A DNA stretch of 63,316 nt, filler included, from Octopus bimaculoides (Eukaryota): the NCBI RefSeq assembly GCF_001194135.2. It is 7 parts of 6 records of this genome, joined end to end, with 100 filler letters (N's around TTAATTAATTAA, not from the genome) between each part and the next. Parts side by side here need not be neighbours in the genome. Positions count along the whole stretch, not along the records: positions 29,785 to 56,096 come from NC_068981.1; positions 56,197 to 57,690 come from NC_068989.1; positions 57,791 to 60,170 come from NW_026301045.1; positions 60,271 to 62,127 come from NW_026369278.1; positions 62,228 to 63,316 come from NC_068988.1; 2 more parts are not named here. One strand, written 5' to 3'. A program made the position numbers and the translations under genes. Within the stretch, counting starts at the first letter, position 1; every line of letters begins with the position of its first letter. Below the pieces are notes generated by a model. That model made no database searches. It had not been told where the DNA came from and worked only from the letters and a program-made list of their open reading frames with translations. Shown piece by piece: positions 52,832 through 63,316 of the stretch.

Positions 52832-55189
52832 CTCTTTTACTCGTTTCAGATATCAGGCCACGGCCATGCTGGGGCACCGCGTTGAAAAAATTTTTTAAAT
52901 CTGGTATTTATTCTATCGGATACTTTTGCTAAGCTGCTAAGTTACAGGGACGTAAACACACCAACATTCGTTGTCAAGCGGTGACGGGGGATAAAGACAG
53001 GTACGGAGACCTACACACAACCGAATACACGCACACACTTATATGCATGCGGCTTGCTTGTTTCAGTTTCCGTCTACCAAATTCACTCAGGAGGCTTTGG
53101 TCCGCGCGAGGCAACAGTAGAAAACACTCATGAAAGGTGCCACACTGTGGGACCGAATCCGGAACCATATGGTCGGTGAATAAGTGATGTAGCTAAGGGT
53201 TATGAAATTGAATGTCACTACTTTAAGATAGAACAGTACTTAATATATATTATTGAACTATTCATAAAAAATAGTTGATCGAAGTTTTAACACAAATGAC
53301 ACATCATCCGAATAGTTTCTTCATTTCCTAACGAATGTACTGAAAGCACTTTTCCTGTTGTACTAACTCTCCTATTTCTGAGGTGATTAAACTCTTTAGA
53401 TTTTATATTTGATATATTAATCAGTATATCAGCGAACCACACAGTCCTAAAGCACTTTAGAAAACGCCCCAAAAGTTCTCACTGTCGATAATATATTTTT
53501 CATAATCTTTTTTCATCAGTTCTATAATTGCCTAATTGCATACTCAGTTTATCTTAAGATCCTTCTTTAAAGCTATAAGAGTTAAGCAAACTCTCGAAAT
53601 AATCGTTCGTTCTCTGTTTGATGTTAGTAATTTAGGAGATTTTTGTTTTAGATTAACTAAAATAATCGGCGATATTTATTTGCGTACCTATACATTCTAA
53701 TTTCAAACCACGCGGGTGTCGACTTACATATATATACTTACATATTCTTTCGGTGTTAATAACTGCCATTTGAGCTTTGGTTATTCACATCATATAAACT
53801 GCAGGATATATGTATATGTCAGAATTCAGTGATAGTCATTATAGATAAATGCTCGGTGTAAAAGATCGGTCATCATTACAAAGTTTGTTCAAGGCGGTGA
53901 GCTGATAGAATCGTTAGCATGCCGGGCGAAATGCTTTATCGGTATTTCGTCCGTCTTTACGTTCTGAATACAAATGCCGCTGGGGTTGACTTTGCTTTTC
54001 ATCCTTTCGAAGTCGATAATTAAGCGCTAGTGAAACACTGGGGTCGATATAATCGACTAATCCATTCACCTAAAATTTCAGGCCTTGTGCCTTTAATAGA
54101 AAGGAATATTACAAAACTTACCTATTAATTTCATATCCTAGCATAGTAGTTCTTAAACAGTACACTGCGGATAAAAAGAAAAAAAATATTTAACCGTTTG
54201 CCCCCTAGGTCGACTTTGTATTTTATCCATCCGGGATCAATGCAACAAGTACCAGTTACGCACTGGAGTCGATGTAATCGACTTGGTCCTCGTGCCAAAT
54301 TATAAGCCTTGTGCCTATAGTAAATTATTTAACTGTTTGTCTGTCGAAAGCATTCTTGTAAGTTTTAATGCCCATACTTGTTTTCAGACTTTAGTTAGCC
54401 GTTGTTTCATATGCTCTGAGTAATATAAAGCTTTCCTTTCATAAGTCCCAAGTTATTCTGGTGGTTGAAAAAAAAAAGGGTTATTGTGTATCATATATGA
54501 CGCATGGAGGCCAGTGAAATATGATCTGTGTATCACGTGATACATAGGACAGTGAAAGGTTAAGGTTTAGAAAATCTTTTGTAATCGCTGACCATCTTGA
54601 CAAATGTGTTTTCTTAGTTTTCTTAAAACAAGTATATGATCAATGAAACAAAATAAGCAATAACTTTCTGTATGTTTTCTAAATTTCTGAGTCGAAAACA
54701 TGATTACTTTTAAGCTTCCATTGTGGAATGAATCGGCTATTTTTAGCTTTCCATTTGAAACGCGCCACTAAGATTTTGGTTTAATCTTTAGAGCGCTGCA
54801 AACACAAAGTGATTGGGAGCAACTGTTCCAGGATTTAAAATCCCAACATATTTGCTTTCTTATGTGGCCTAATGACAGTTAAATGGTGCCTTGCTTGGAA
54901 AAGTATTGACAGTATTGCCAATTTTATGGTTTAGACGCCACAAAACATAGTCTCCAACGATTTTAATGTAACAAAAATAAAAACAATAACAAAAACAACG
55001 ATTTGTTTCTCTTCTTTTTTAAATAATAATAATCAATCTTTATTTAGGTACAAAGTTAACAATTTTAGCGGGAAGTTTTTAGTCGATTAAATCAACTGTA
55101 GTACTTCACTGGTACTTTCAAACGCTGGAAACAATTTAATCGACTCAGCCTCCACCTGCAACAAAATAGTTAGCCAACTATTTTGTCAG

Positions 55190-55480
55190 AAATGTGATTC
55201 ATTCAATTTTTCTTCGGTATTTCTACAACTACTATTTCTACGACTAGTGTCTACGGTGAAATATTTATTTATAAGATTTAGGGAATTGCTAGCTATATTA
55301 GAACGCTCACTTAAACTATGTGGGGAATTACAAAATATAATTCGTTTTCTATTTTTGTGTTTAAGAGTATTTGTCCTGCTCTCCATGCTACGCAAAACAA
55401 ATTTTAAGCACCTTGATGTTGTAGAGTCCACTTTATCCTTAAGTAAATAATTCCTGAAAAGATTCTGAATTTAGTAGGGG
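55190..55480 (-). mobile_element. Degenerate Penelope-like linker-region fragment
   Basis: KNRKRIIFCNSPHSLSERSNIASNSLNLINKYF resembles the PLE motif RKRNIIWFNPPFS-NV-TNIG--FL-LIDKHF. Confidence 0.5.
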
Positions 55481-55958
55481 ATTATTCCAAAAGTAATTGC
55501 GAAATTAATATTATTATGTACGTTAATAGTTGATATTTGACGATGTATCATTTTCAAGTTAATTGCCAGGAATTGTTAGCAGTAAGCATGTGATTTTACA
55601 CTGATGGTGAGATATTGTGAGTTAAGAGGATTGTAATACTTAGTTTCAGTTCAGAAGAGATTCTGCTTTGCAGAGTTTGGTCTCTACTATAATGATGTAG
55701 TATTTATATTGTGAAAATTGAAAGTTCACAAAATATATCTTCTTTTAAAAAATGCGTTCGTATTTTTATTAAGAGAAATAGATTTAAAGAGGAAGAGAGA
55801 TACGAATTAAAACAACGATAATCTCTTCAATATAATTCTAGATTGAGACACTAGTAAATATTACAATATATGGTAAATATTACATCAAATTCCAGGGCAC
55901 ACGCTCACAAGGACACACACACGCACGCATGTACACACACACACACACACACACAGAG

Positions 55959-56000
<42 letters not shown>

Positions 56001-56407
56001 ACGTGTGTGTATGCATAGAAAACAAACAGAAAACATGAAACAAGAACGTAACAATCGACAACAAAGCATTTGGACAGTATATATGTATGTATGTATNNNN
56101 NNNNNNNNNNNNNNNNNNNNNNNNNNNNNNNNNNNNNNNNTTAATTAATTAANNNNNNNNNNNNNNNNNNNNNNNNNNNNNNNNNNNNNNNNNNNNATAT
56201 AAATATATATATATAGATATACATACATATATATACACACAGCCCCTCGTTCTTCGATCACCGTTCTTTCTCCCCCTTTGTTATCTCCCCCTTTTCTTAG
56301 CTCTCCTGTGTAAAATTTCTAGCTTCCGGTCAGCCATTACTATGATTGACCGTTGACTGAACACTATTCAATTTTTTTTCTCCGTGTTTTTCTCCTTGTC
56401 TCCGTAT

Positions 56408-56444
56408 TCTTTCTGTTGAAGAGCGTAGCTCGAAACGTTAAAGA
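56408..56444 (+). ncRNA. Minimal type I hammerhead-like motif in a Penelope pseudo-LTR-like fragment (~56240-56535)
   Basis: TCTTT-CTGTTGA-A-GAGC GTA GCTC-GAAA-CGT-T-AAAGA gives a 5-bp stem I, a 4-bp stem II and a palindromic ACGT stem III. The core has U at position 6. Confidence 0.55.
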
Positions 56445-57297
56445 CTTTCCGTATTCCCGAGCGTCATACTAATACATCCTTTTGTTGTTTACACCACCTG
56501 TCCTCGTCTGTTGTTTTTTCGTACATTCTCCCATATATGTTTATATATATATATACATATGAATGGGTTATGATATATATATATATAATGTATATATGCT
56601 TATCTAGGTATAGTTTTCTTTTTTTCTCTCTCTCCCTCTCCATATATATAGTAAAATTCAGATATACATTAGTAAATATTTCTCTGACGCGATATGGATT
56701 AAAGAATATCTAAGCTTCCGAGCGATCAGATATGCTTTTTCAATCTGTTGTGAAACTTTTGTCAAATTGTTAATACGCGTGCGCGCGTGCGCGTGTGCGC
56801 GCAATCACACACGCACTCACCACACTCACACACTCACTCACTCACTCACCGCACAAGCACGTACATATAAGAATGAAAAGGCGCGACTTTGAATTTGGCG
56901 AAACAATTAAGCGTTGCACCAGATGACGCTTTCATGTATTTATTTAGTTTTTATTCCTCAGTGCTCTGAGTTCAATTCCGTTGGAATTGATTCTGATTGC
57001 CACGCTTCACAAAATCGATAAAATAAGATGTTAAGGAGGAACATATTAGGAGTCAATTCAATCGAATTCCTTGTACTTCTCTTTTTTCCTTCTCTTGCTC
57101 TAAAAAGAATTAGCCCCTTGGCTACTGAAATTAAATGCGCAGTAAACAAATATTGTAATGAAGTGAAATACGTTGAGTCTTAGAGATATGTGTTGACTTT
57201 CAAATTGAAGAATGAAAATACTGGAAACTCTATAAGCCATGCACCAAAATCTCACGCTACACTGTACTACATAACACTTTAATATGCTCCTTGATTA

Positions 57298-57530
57298 AGG
57301 CGGCAAACAGGTAGAATGGCTGATAAAATCCTCAGGGTAAAATGCTTAGGGTAAAATGCTCAGCGGCATTTCGTCTGTCTTTACGTTCTGAGCTCAAATT
57401 CCGCCGAGGTCGACTTGGCCTTCCATCCCTTCGCTGCCGATAAAATAAGTACCAGTTGAGCACTGGGGTCGATGTAATCGATTTACTCCCTCCCCTGAAA
57501 TTGCTGGCCTTGTGCCAAAATTTGAAACCA
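57298..57530 (+). mobile_element. tRNA-headed SINE family A. Other copies at ~585-760+, 1000-1175+, 18930-19110-, 24465-24645+, 26380-27470-, 42385-42530-, 47115-47335+, 51115-51300+, 53895-54110+, 58415-58560-
   Basis: The body ...gttctgagctcaaattccgccgaggtcgac...gataaaataagtaccagttgagcactggggtcgatgtaatcg...gccttgtgccaaaatttgaaac recurs at all the listed sites. Confidence 0.9.
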
Positions 57531-58088
57531 GTGTACCCCTTGAACTTACAATGACCTATGTATATATTTATTTCTTTATTGCCCACAGTGGGGGGGGGGT
57601 GAACATAGAGGAGAGAAACATGGACAGACAAAGGGATTAAGTCGATTACCCCAGTGCATAACTGTTACTTATTTAATCGACCCCGAAAGGNNNNNNNNNN
57701 NNNNNNNNNNNNNNNNNNNNNNNNNNNNNNNNNNTTAATTAATTAANNNNNNNNNNNNNNNNNNNNNNNNNNNNNNNNNNNNNNNNNNNNTAAGAGGTCC
57801 ATAGATAAATGGTCGAGAACCTCTGGTTTGGAAGGATGAGAAAAAGCAATCTCCAAACTGTTGCAAATACTGGATCCAAGTGTTCAAATCGAGAGTAAAT
57901 TTCTTTTTTGGCCCCTGTGCAAACTGGAGACCAAGCGAAAGGACGTGTTTCTCTATTCATTGATTTAGTCATGTAAAAAAAAAAAAAAACAACAAAAATA
58001 AAAATTGAAATTCCCCCGCCTCCTCCTCCTCTACACAGTGTCTCCACCTGAAAAAAAGGGGGTGAAATGAATAGGTGAGTAGACTTAC

Positions 58089-58175
58089 CTGAATGATCTC
58101 CCCATAGCGCACCCTCTTACCCAACTGGCGTTTCTGTTCGGCGGCATTGTCTGCGTTTTCTGCTTGGGCAGCCAG
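58089..58175 (-). CDS. ITPR: IP3 receptor-like N-terminal exon
   Basis: Acceptor ggttacag| and donor CAG|gtaagt. The 87 nt encode LAAQAENADNAAEQKRQLGKRVRYGEIIQ, matching ITPR1 [31 protein letters not shown] by eye, and are in phase with the exon ending at 60054. Confidence 0.85.
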
Positions 58176-58189
58176 CTGTAACCAAGCAA

Positions 58190-58418
58190 GATGATGATAA
58201 TAATAATAATTATTACGATGATGATGATAATAATAATTATGATGATGATGATAATTATGATAATAATTATGATGATGATGATGATAATAATTATGATGAT
58301 GATGATAATTATGATAATAATTATGTTGATGATGATGATGATGATGATGATAATTATGATGATGATGATGATGATAATGATAATAATTATTATGATAATA
58401 ATAATAATAATAATAATG
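58190..58418. repeat. Compound (GAT/AAT/TAT)n microsatellite abutting the ITPR-like exon acceptor
   Basis: Direct reading. On the minus strand it is (TCA/TTA)n just upstream of ...cttgcttggttacag. Confidence 0.95.
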
Positions 58419-59166
58419 GTTTCAAATCAACCCAAGTACTTGTTTTATCGACTTCAAAAGAATGAAAAGCAACGTCGACCTCGGCGGTATTCGAACTCAG
58501 AACGGAAAGACGAGACGAAACATCGTTTGGTATTTCGTCCGGCGTGCTAACGATTCTTCTCTTCTGTTTGCCGACTTAGTCTCATATATAACACACACAA
58601 GACGATGCTTCGATGATGTCTTACGTAAACTTATCCATCATTCCCACAGCAATGTCAGAGGATGTCACTTCTCAACGGAATAAGAATAACGACTTTTTTC
58701 TTCCATTAATCCGTGGTTTCTGGCCTAAGATTTGGCCCTTACTGACCTAGATCTTGACCCCCGTTTGTTCTCTTAGAAAGATGGGGGGACGTAAGGGGCC
58801 AGAGTGACTTCATTGGTCATTGGATACGGTACATATATTTTGGTTAATCTACGGCGAGAGGAAGTTGTTGGACAAAGGAACGGTTTATAAGCCTGACTAA
58901 TTCCGTTCCACATCAAAAGGAAAGAAGCAGTAAATGATATTGGTTTACCAAAGTGGAACCGGAATGAAAGCACATTAGAAGATAGCAAAGCTGTGATTTA
59001 GACACACAACACACACGCATGCGCACACGCACACACATACACACACACACATGTGTATATAAAGATTATAGAGTGTATGCGTGTTTATATTTGCGTGTGG
59101 GTGTGTATACATGTGTGTGTACGTTTGTATATGAATATATATATTATAAACACGTACACCACAAAC

Positions 59167-59232
<66 letters not shown>

Positions 59233-59268
59233 NNNNNNNNNNNNNNNNNNNNNNNNNNNNNNNNNNNN

Positions 59269-59311
<43 letters not shown>

Positions 59312-59501
59312 ATATAATATAATATAATATAATATAATATAAATATATATTTTTAGATATATTATATATAGAGAAGTATACAGGCACACGCATAAATACG
59401 TGTGTATATATAATATACATATTTACACACAAATGCATTAATACATATTTTTTATACGCACGTGTATGTGTGTGTGTTTGTGTAAGTAGGATATATTACA
59501 A

Positions 59502-59576
<75 letters not shown>

Positions 59577-60053
59577 GTGCGTGTGTGTGTATGTATATAT
59601 GTATATGCATATATATGTATGAGTAATACACCTGTGTGTGTTTGTGTGTAGGGGTGTGATAGCTATTTTCTAAAAGTGTAATGTATTCTAAAACATGAAT
59701 AATAGCGGTAGGCTGAGTGAATTGGTGGAGCGCTGGGGCAGAATACAATCCGGCATGTAGTTACTCCACTTTACGTTCTGAGTTCAAACCGTACAATAGC
59801 CAACTTCACCATATCTTTTCATTACTCCCACCCCAAACCAGGATCTATAAAATAAATTACCAGTCACACATTGGGGGTCTATATAATCAACTAATACCTT
59901 CCCCTCATAATTTCTGAAGGCACTTGACTAACGGAATTAACTTCCATCACAAAAATTTTGAAAAAAAACAAGCAAGGACGTTTAGGACAAACTCACGAAA
60001 ACGCTTTGGACAGGAAACGAGTTAAGCAAATGTATGTTCTACAATTAACGCAC

Positions 60054-60170
60054 CTTTGCTTGGTGAAGCAAACTTTTCTCTGAGCCGCCATCTGCATTTG
60101 GTGTTGAATTTGACGCAGTCAACCACTTGCGGTATTTTTTGTTCAGTTTATACCGATTCTGTATGCACAC
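60054..60170 (-). CDS. ITPR: Inositol 1,4,5-trisphosphate receptor-like N-terminal (suppressor domain) exon, 5' end probably running into the N gap
   Basis: Reads VCIQNRYKLNKKYRKWLTASNSTPNADGGSEKSLLHQAK, then donor AAG|gtgcgt (phase 0). It aligns by eye to the ITPR1 segment [16 protein letters not shown]...LLNK. An alternative acceptor at 60159-60160 would give a 105-nt exon. The symbol is family-level only. Confidence 0.8.
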
Positions 60171-61331
60171 NNNNNNNNNNNNNNNNNNNNNNNNNNNNNN
60201 NNNNNNNNNNNNNNTTAATTAATTAANNNNNNNNNNNNNNNNNNNNNNNNNNNNNNNNNNNNNNNNNNNNGGAATAGGTGATGTTGATAAGGATGTAATC
60301 TTCTCTTCAGGGAAACACATGGGAACCAGCTTAACCGTAAGACATTTTAACCCAATATATATATATATACATGGGTCTGGGTTCAGTCCCACTGCGTGGC
60401 ACCTTGAGCAAGTATCTTCTACTATAGCCTCAGCCCAACCAAAGGCTTGTGAGTGGATTGGTATATGGAAACTGAAAGAAGCCTGTCATATATATGTGTA
60501 TGTGTGTGTATATGTTTGTGTGTCTGTGTTTGCCCCCCAACTTCGCTTGACAACTGATGCTGGTGTGTTTACGTCCCCCGTAACGTAGTGGTTCGGCAAA
60601 AGATTTCGATAGAATAAGTACTAGGCTTACAAAGAATAAGTCCTGGGGTCGATTTGCTCAACTAAAGGTGGTGCTCCAGCATGGCTGCAGTCAAATGACT
60701 GAAACAAGCATAAAGAATAAAAATATACATACACATATATATTTATACATATGTACATATAAACATACATTCAAACACACATACATTTATGCATACATGT
60801 ATGCACGCCTATATACATTCATACATGCACACATATATTCAGATAGACAGACAAACATATATATATATATATANNNNNNNNNNNNNNNNNNNNNNNNNNN
60901 NNNNNNNNNNNNNNNNNNNNNNNNNNNNNNNNNNNNNNNNNNNNNNNNNNNNNNNNNNNNNNNNNNNNNNNNNNNNNNNNNNNNNNNNNNNNNNNNNNNN
61001 NNNNNNNNNNNNNNNNNNNNNNNNNNNNNNNNNNNNNNNNNNNNNNNNNNNNNNNNNNNNNNNNNNNNNNNNNNNNNNNNNNNNNNNNNNNNNNNNNNNN
61101 NNNNNNNNNNNNNNNNNNNNNNNNNNNNNNNNNNNNNNNNNNNNNNNNNNNNNNNNNNNNNNNNNNNNNNNNNNNNNNNNNNNNNNNNNNNNNNNNNNNN
61201 NNNNNNNNNNNNNNNNNNNNNNNNNNNNNNNNNNNNNNNNNNNNNNNNNNNNNNNNNNNNNNNNNNNNNNNNNNNNNNNNNNNNNNNNNNNNNNNNNNNN
61301 NNNNNNNNNNNNNNNNNNNNNNNNNNNNNNN

Positions 61332-61384
<53 letters not shown>

Positions 61385-62227
61385 TATATATATAGTAAAT
61401 AAGCTTGTTGTTTGGAAAAAAATATAAAAGATGTCCATTATGTTACAGAATGAATTCGAGTACAGCTGACAAAGAATAATATGATTGTTACCAGCTGTGA
61501 GAATTAGTTTTTCAGACTTTCGCAGTTCTGCTTTACCAAATTCCAAAGAATTTGGTTTACTAATTCTTGCAGATGATGATTAAATAAAAGTTCCCAGTAC
61601 CAGATTTTCCTCACATTTTTCACACATATATTGCACTTTACTGCATGCTATGAAACCAAAGCTCTCTCTTGTAAAACCAGGCTCTATTTCAATGCATTCC
61701 ATTTTACTTTCACTTTTTTATTTCCTGTGGCTTCTTGTATACTTATATTAATGAAATATTTGCTTTGTCCGGTTCTACTCTGCACATATAGGAATTCGTT
61801 CCTATTTATTTTGCTTTGATGCTGGCTTTCTACCTGCTTTCACCACTATATTTGCTTTGTGTTTTGTCTATATCTACCTGTGATCACTGAGACCAATGTA
61901 CAGCATTTCGTTTCATCTCTGTAGCAAACCTATATAGAAAATTTAATTTATTTTCTACTCCAGGTTTTTGTAAAGTTACCATATATGATTGCGTACGTGA
62001 TTCCAATATCTGTATAGAATACACATACTCCTACATATACATATGTATGTATATGTGGCATTATATATGTATATATATAAATATATGTATATATATACAT
62101 ATATGTATATATATACATATATGTATANNNNNNNNNNNNNNNNNNNNNNNNNNNNNNNNNNNNNNNNNNNNTTAATTAATTAANNNNNNNNNNNNNNNNN
62201 NNNNNNNNNNNNNNNNNNNNNNNNNNN

Positions 62228-62269
<42 letters not shown>

Positions 62270-62371
62270 TTTTACACCAGAGTAATCACATATATGTGAA
62301 ACAAGTTGGTAATCGAATACCAAAGGTAGAGCAACATGCTTTATTAAAAAGCAGCAAAATTATCACAAAAG

Positions 62372-62409
62372 CTGTTACCCAGAGTTTCATGTTTCCGTTC
62401 GTCAGACAA
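62372..62409 (-). ncRNA. Minimal type I hammerhead ribozyme motif (Penelope-type), canonical core
   Basis: The minus strand reads TTGT-CTGACGA-ACG GAAA CAT-GAAA-CTCTGGGT-A-ACAG. The core is canonical CUGANGA...GAAA, stem II has one C-A mismatch and stem I is 4 bp. Confidence 0.65.
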
Positions 62410-62946
62410 TTTTGTTTAGAACAGATCAAAAATGAGGTTATGACTAAACATATACAATTAGTTTAATAGATACATATTTAAAAATGATTTTGTTTCATTG
62501 GTCTTTTCAGCTAACAGTCTTTACCAGTTGCATGCAATGAACAAAATTCGGTATAAAATCATCTTATTATAAAATCGAAGAAAACCTTAAATCAAAGATA
62601 GGTTATAAACAATGAGAGATTTAAAATACCCAGGGTAAATAATTATTTGTAAAATATTGATCAATTAATACATTATAATTTATATCTATTTAAAAAAAAT
62701 TTACGTTGGATTATATACACATATATACATATATACACTAAAGCATACAGATGTAAGTACATAGCTATATACATAGGTTTCATTCAATTTTATAAGATGA
62801 TTTTATACCAAATTATCATTGCATGCAACCAGATATTGTACAGACCATTAGTCAAAAGGACTAATGAAACAAAACCATTTTCAAATGTGTATCCATTAAA
62901 CTAATTGTATATGTTTGCTTATAACCCTTTTTGTTTTATTCTATAC

Positions 62947-62992
62947 AAAACTGTCTGACAAACGGGAATGTGAAACTCTGAGTAACAGTTTT
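62947..62992 (+). ncRNA. Minimal type I hammerhead ribozyme motif (Penelope-type), core variant G8A
   Basis: Stem I AAAACTGT/ACAGTTTT (8 bp); core CTGACAA; stem II ACG-GGAA-TGT; GAAA; palindromic stem III ACTC-T-GAGT; cleavage triplet GUA. Confidence 0.7.
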
Positions 62993-63025
62993 TGTGATAT
63001 TTTTGCTGCTTTTTAATAAAGTATT

Positions 63026-63098
<73 letters not shown>

Positions 63099-63316
63099 TT
63101 ATACACATATATATACATACACAGGTATAAGTTAGAAGTGTTTAAAGCCTCTAAGGGATAGATATATCCAAAAGCACTCCTGCTCCAAAGAAACGATCGT
63201 AAACTCACTCATACTCTCACCTTTCTTAACTAATTAAATAATGGCTTCCTAGCACAAAAGACACACTTCTTATTGTTATTTTTCCTCCATTTTCTTTTCA
63301 TCTACATATACATATA

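Larger units (their letters stand above)
62336..63024. mobile_element. Inverted pair of Penelope-like terminal repeats (arms ~62336-62587 and ~62775-63024)
   Basis: The arms align as reverse complements, e.g. atgctttattaaaaagcagcaaaa / ttttgctgctttttaataaagtat and gttgcatgcaatga / tcattgcatgcaac. Each arm carries a hammerhead motif. Confidence 0.7.

Noticed and set aside
54480-54565. piggyBac-like end (…ggacagtgaaagg|TTAA)
   Set aside because: No convincing matching opposite TIR was found, so the element cannot be delimited.
57100-57170. 'LQYLFTAHLISV' as the next ITPR exon
   Set aside because: It has no acceptor AG and runs straight into a minus-strand SINE A remnant.
58083-58092. ACTTACCTG, identical to the U1 snRNA 5' end
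   Set aside because: The downstream sequence is not U1. It is the reverse complement of the ITPR exon's CAG|GTAAGT donor.
58191-58550. Long ORF-track entries (poly-M/I, poly-V, HTHT, YIYI, CVCV and X-rich ORFs)
   Set aside because: They are translations of microsatellites or N gaps, not proteins.

Overview
Repeat-rich metazoan genomic DNA, most likely an Octopus assembly (inferred from the SINE families, microsatellite density and TE content, not verified). The window is made of seven assembly blocks joined by 100-bp 44N-TTAATTAATTAA-44N spacers, with further N gaps inside the blocks. Two fragmentary protein-coding genes lie on the minus strand. (1) Four in-phase exons of a clan-3 (CYP3A-like) cytochrome P450 at 5076->401 carry the I-helix AGYETT and K-helix ETLR motifs; the heme-binding exons would fall left of the window and the 5' exons were not found. 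(2) Two in-phase exons of an IP3-receptor-like (ITPR) N-terminus lie at ~60170->58089 and are absent from the ORF track. The rest is TE debris: four tRNA-headed or RTE-tailed SINE families, RTE, Tx1/L1, R4/Dong and Penelope-like retroelements, a solo LTR, Tigger/pogo and mariner transposase remnants, MITEs and many microsatellites. The most notable non-coding structures are four minimal type I hammerhead-ribozyme motifs, two of them in an inverted repeat at 62.3-63.0 kb. Also notable are a same-strand pile-up of five R4/Dong 3' ends separated by (AAT)n, several long palindromes and a left/right contrast in CpG decay. No CRISPR, rRNA or true tRNA gene is supported.
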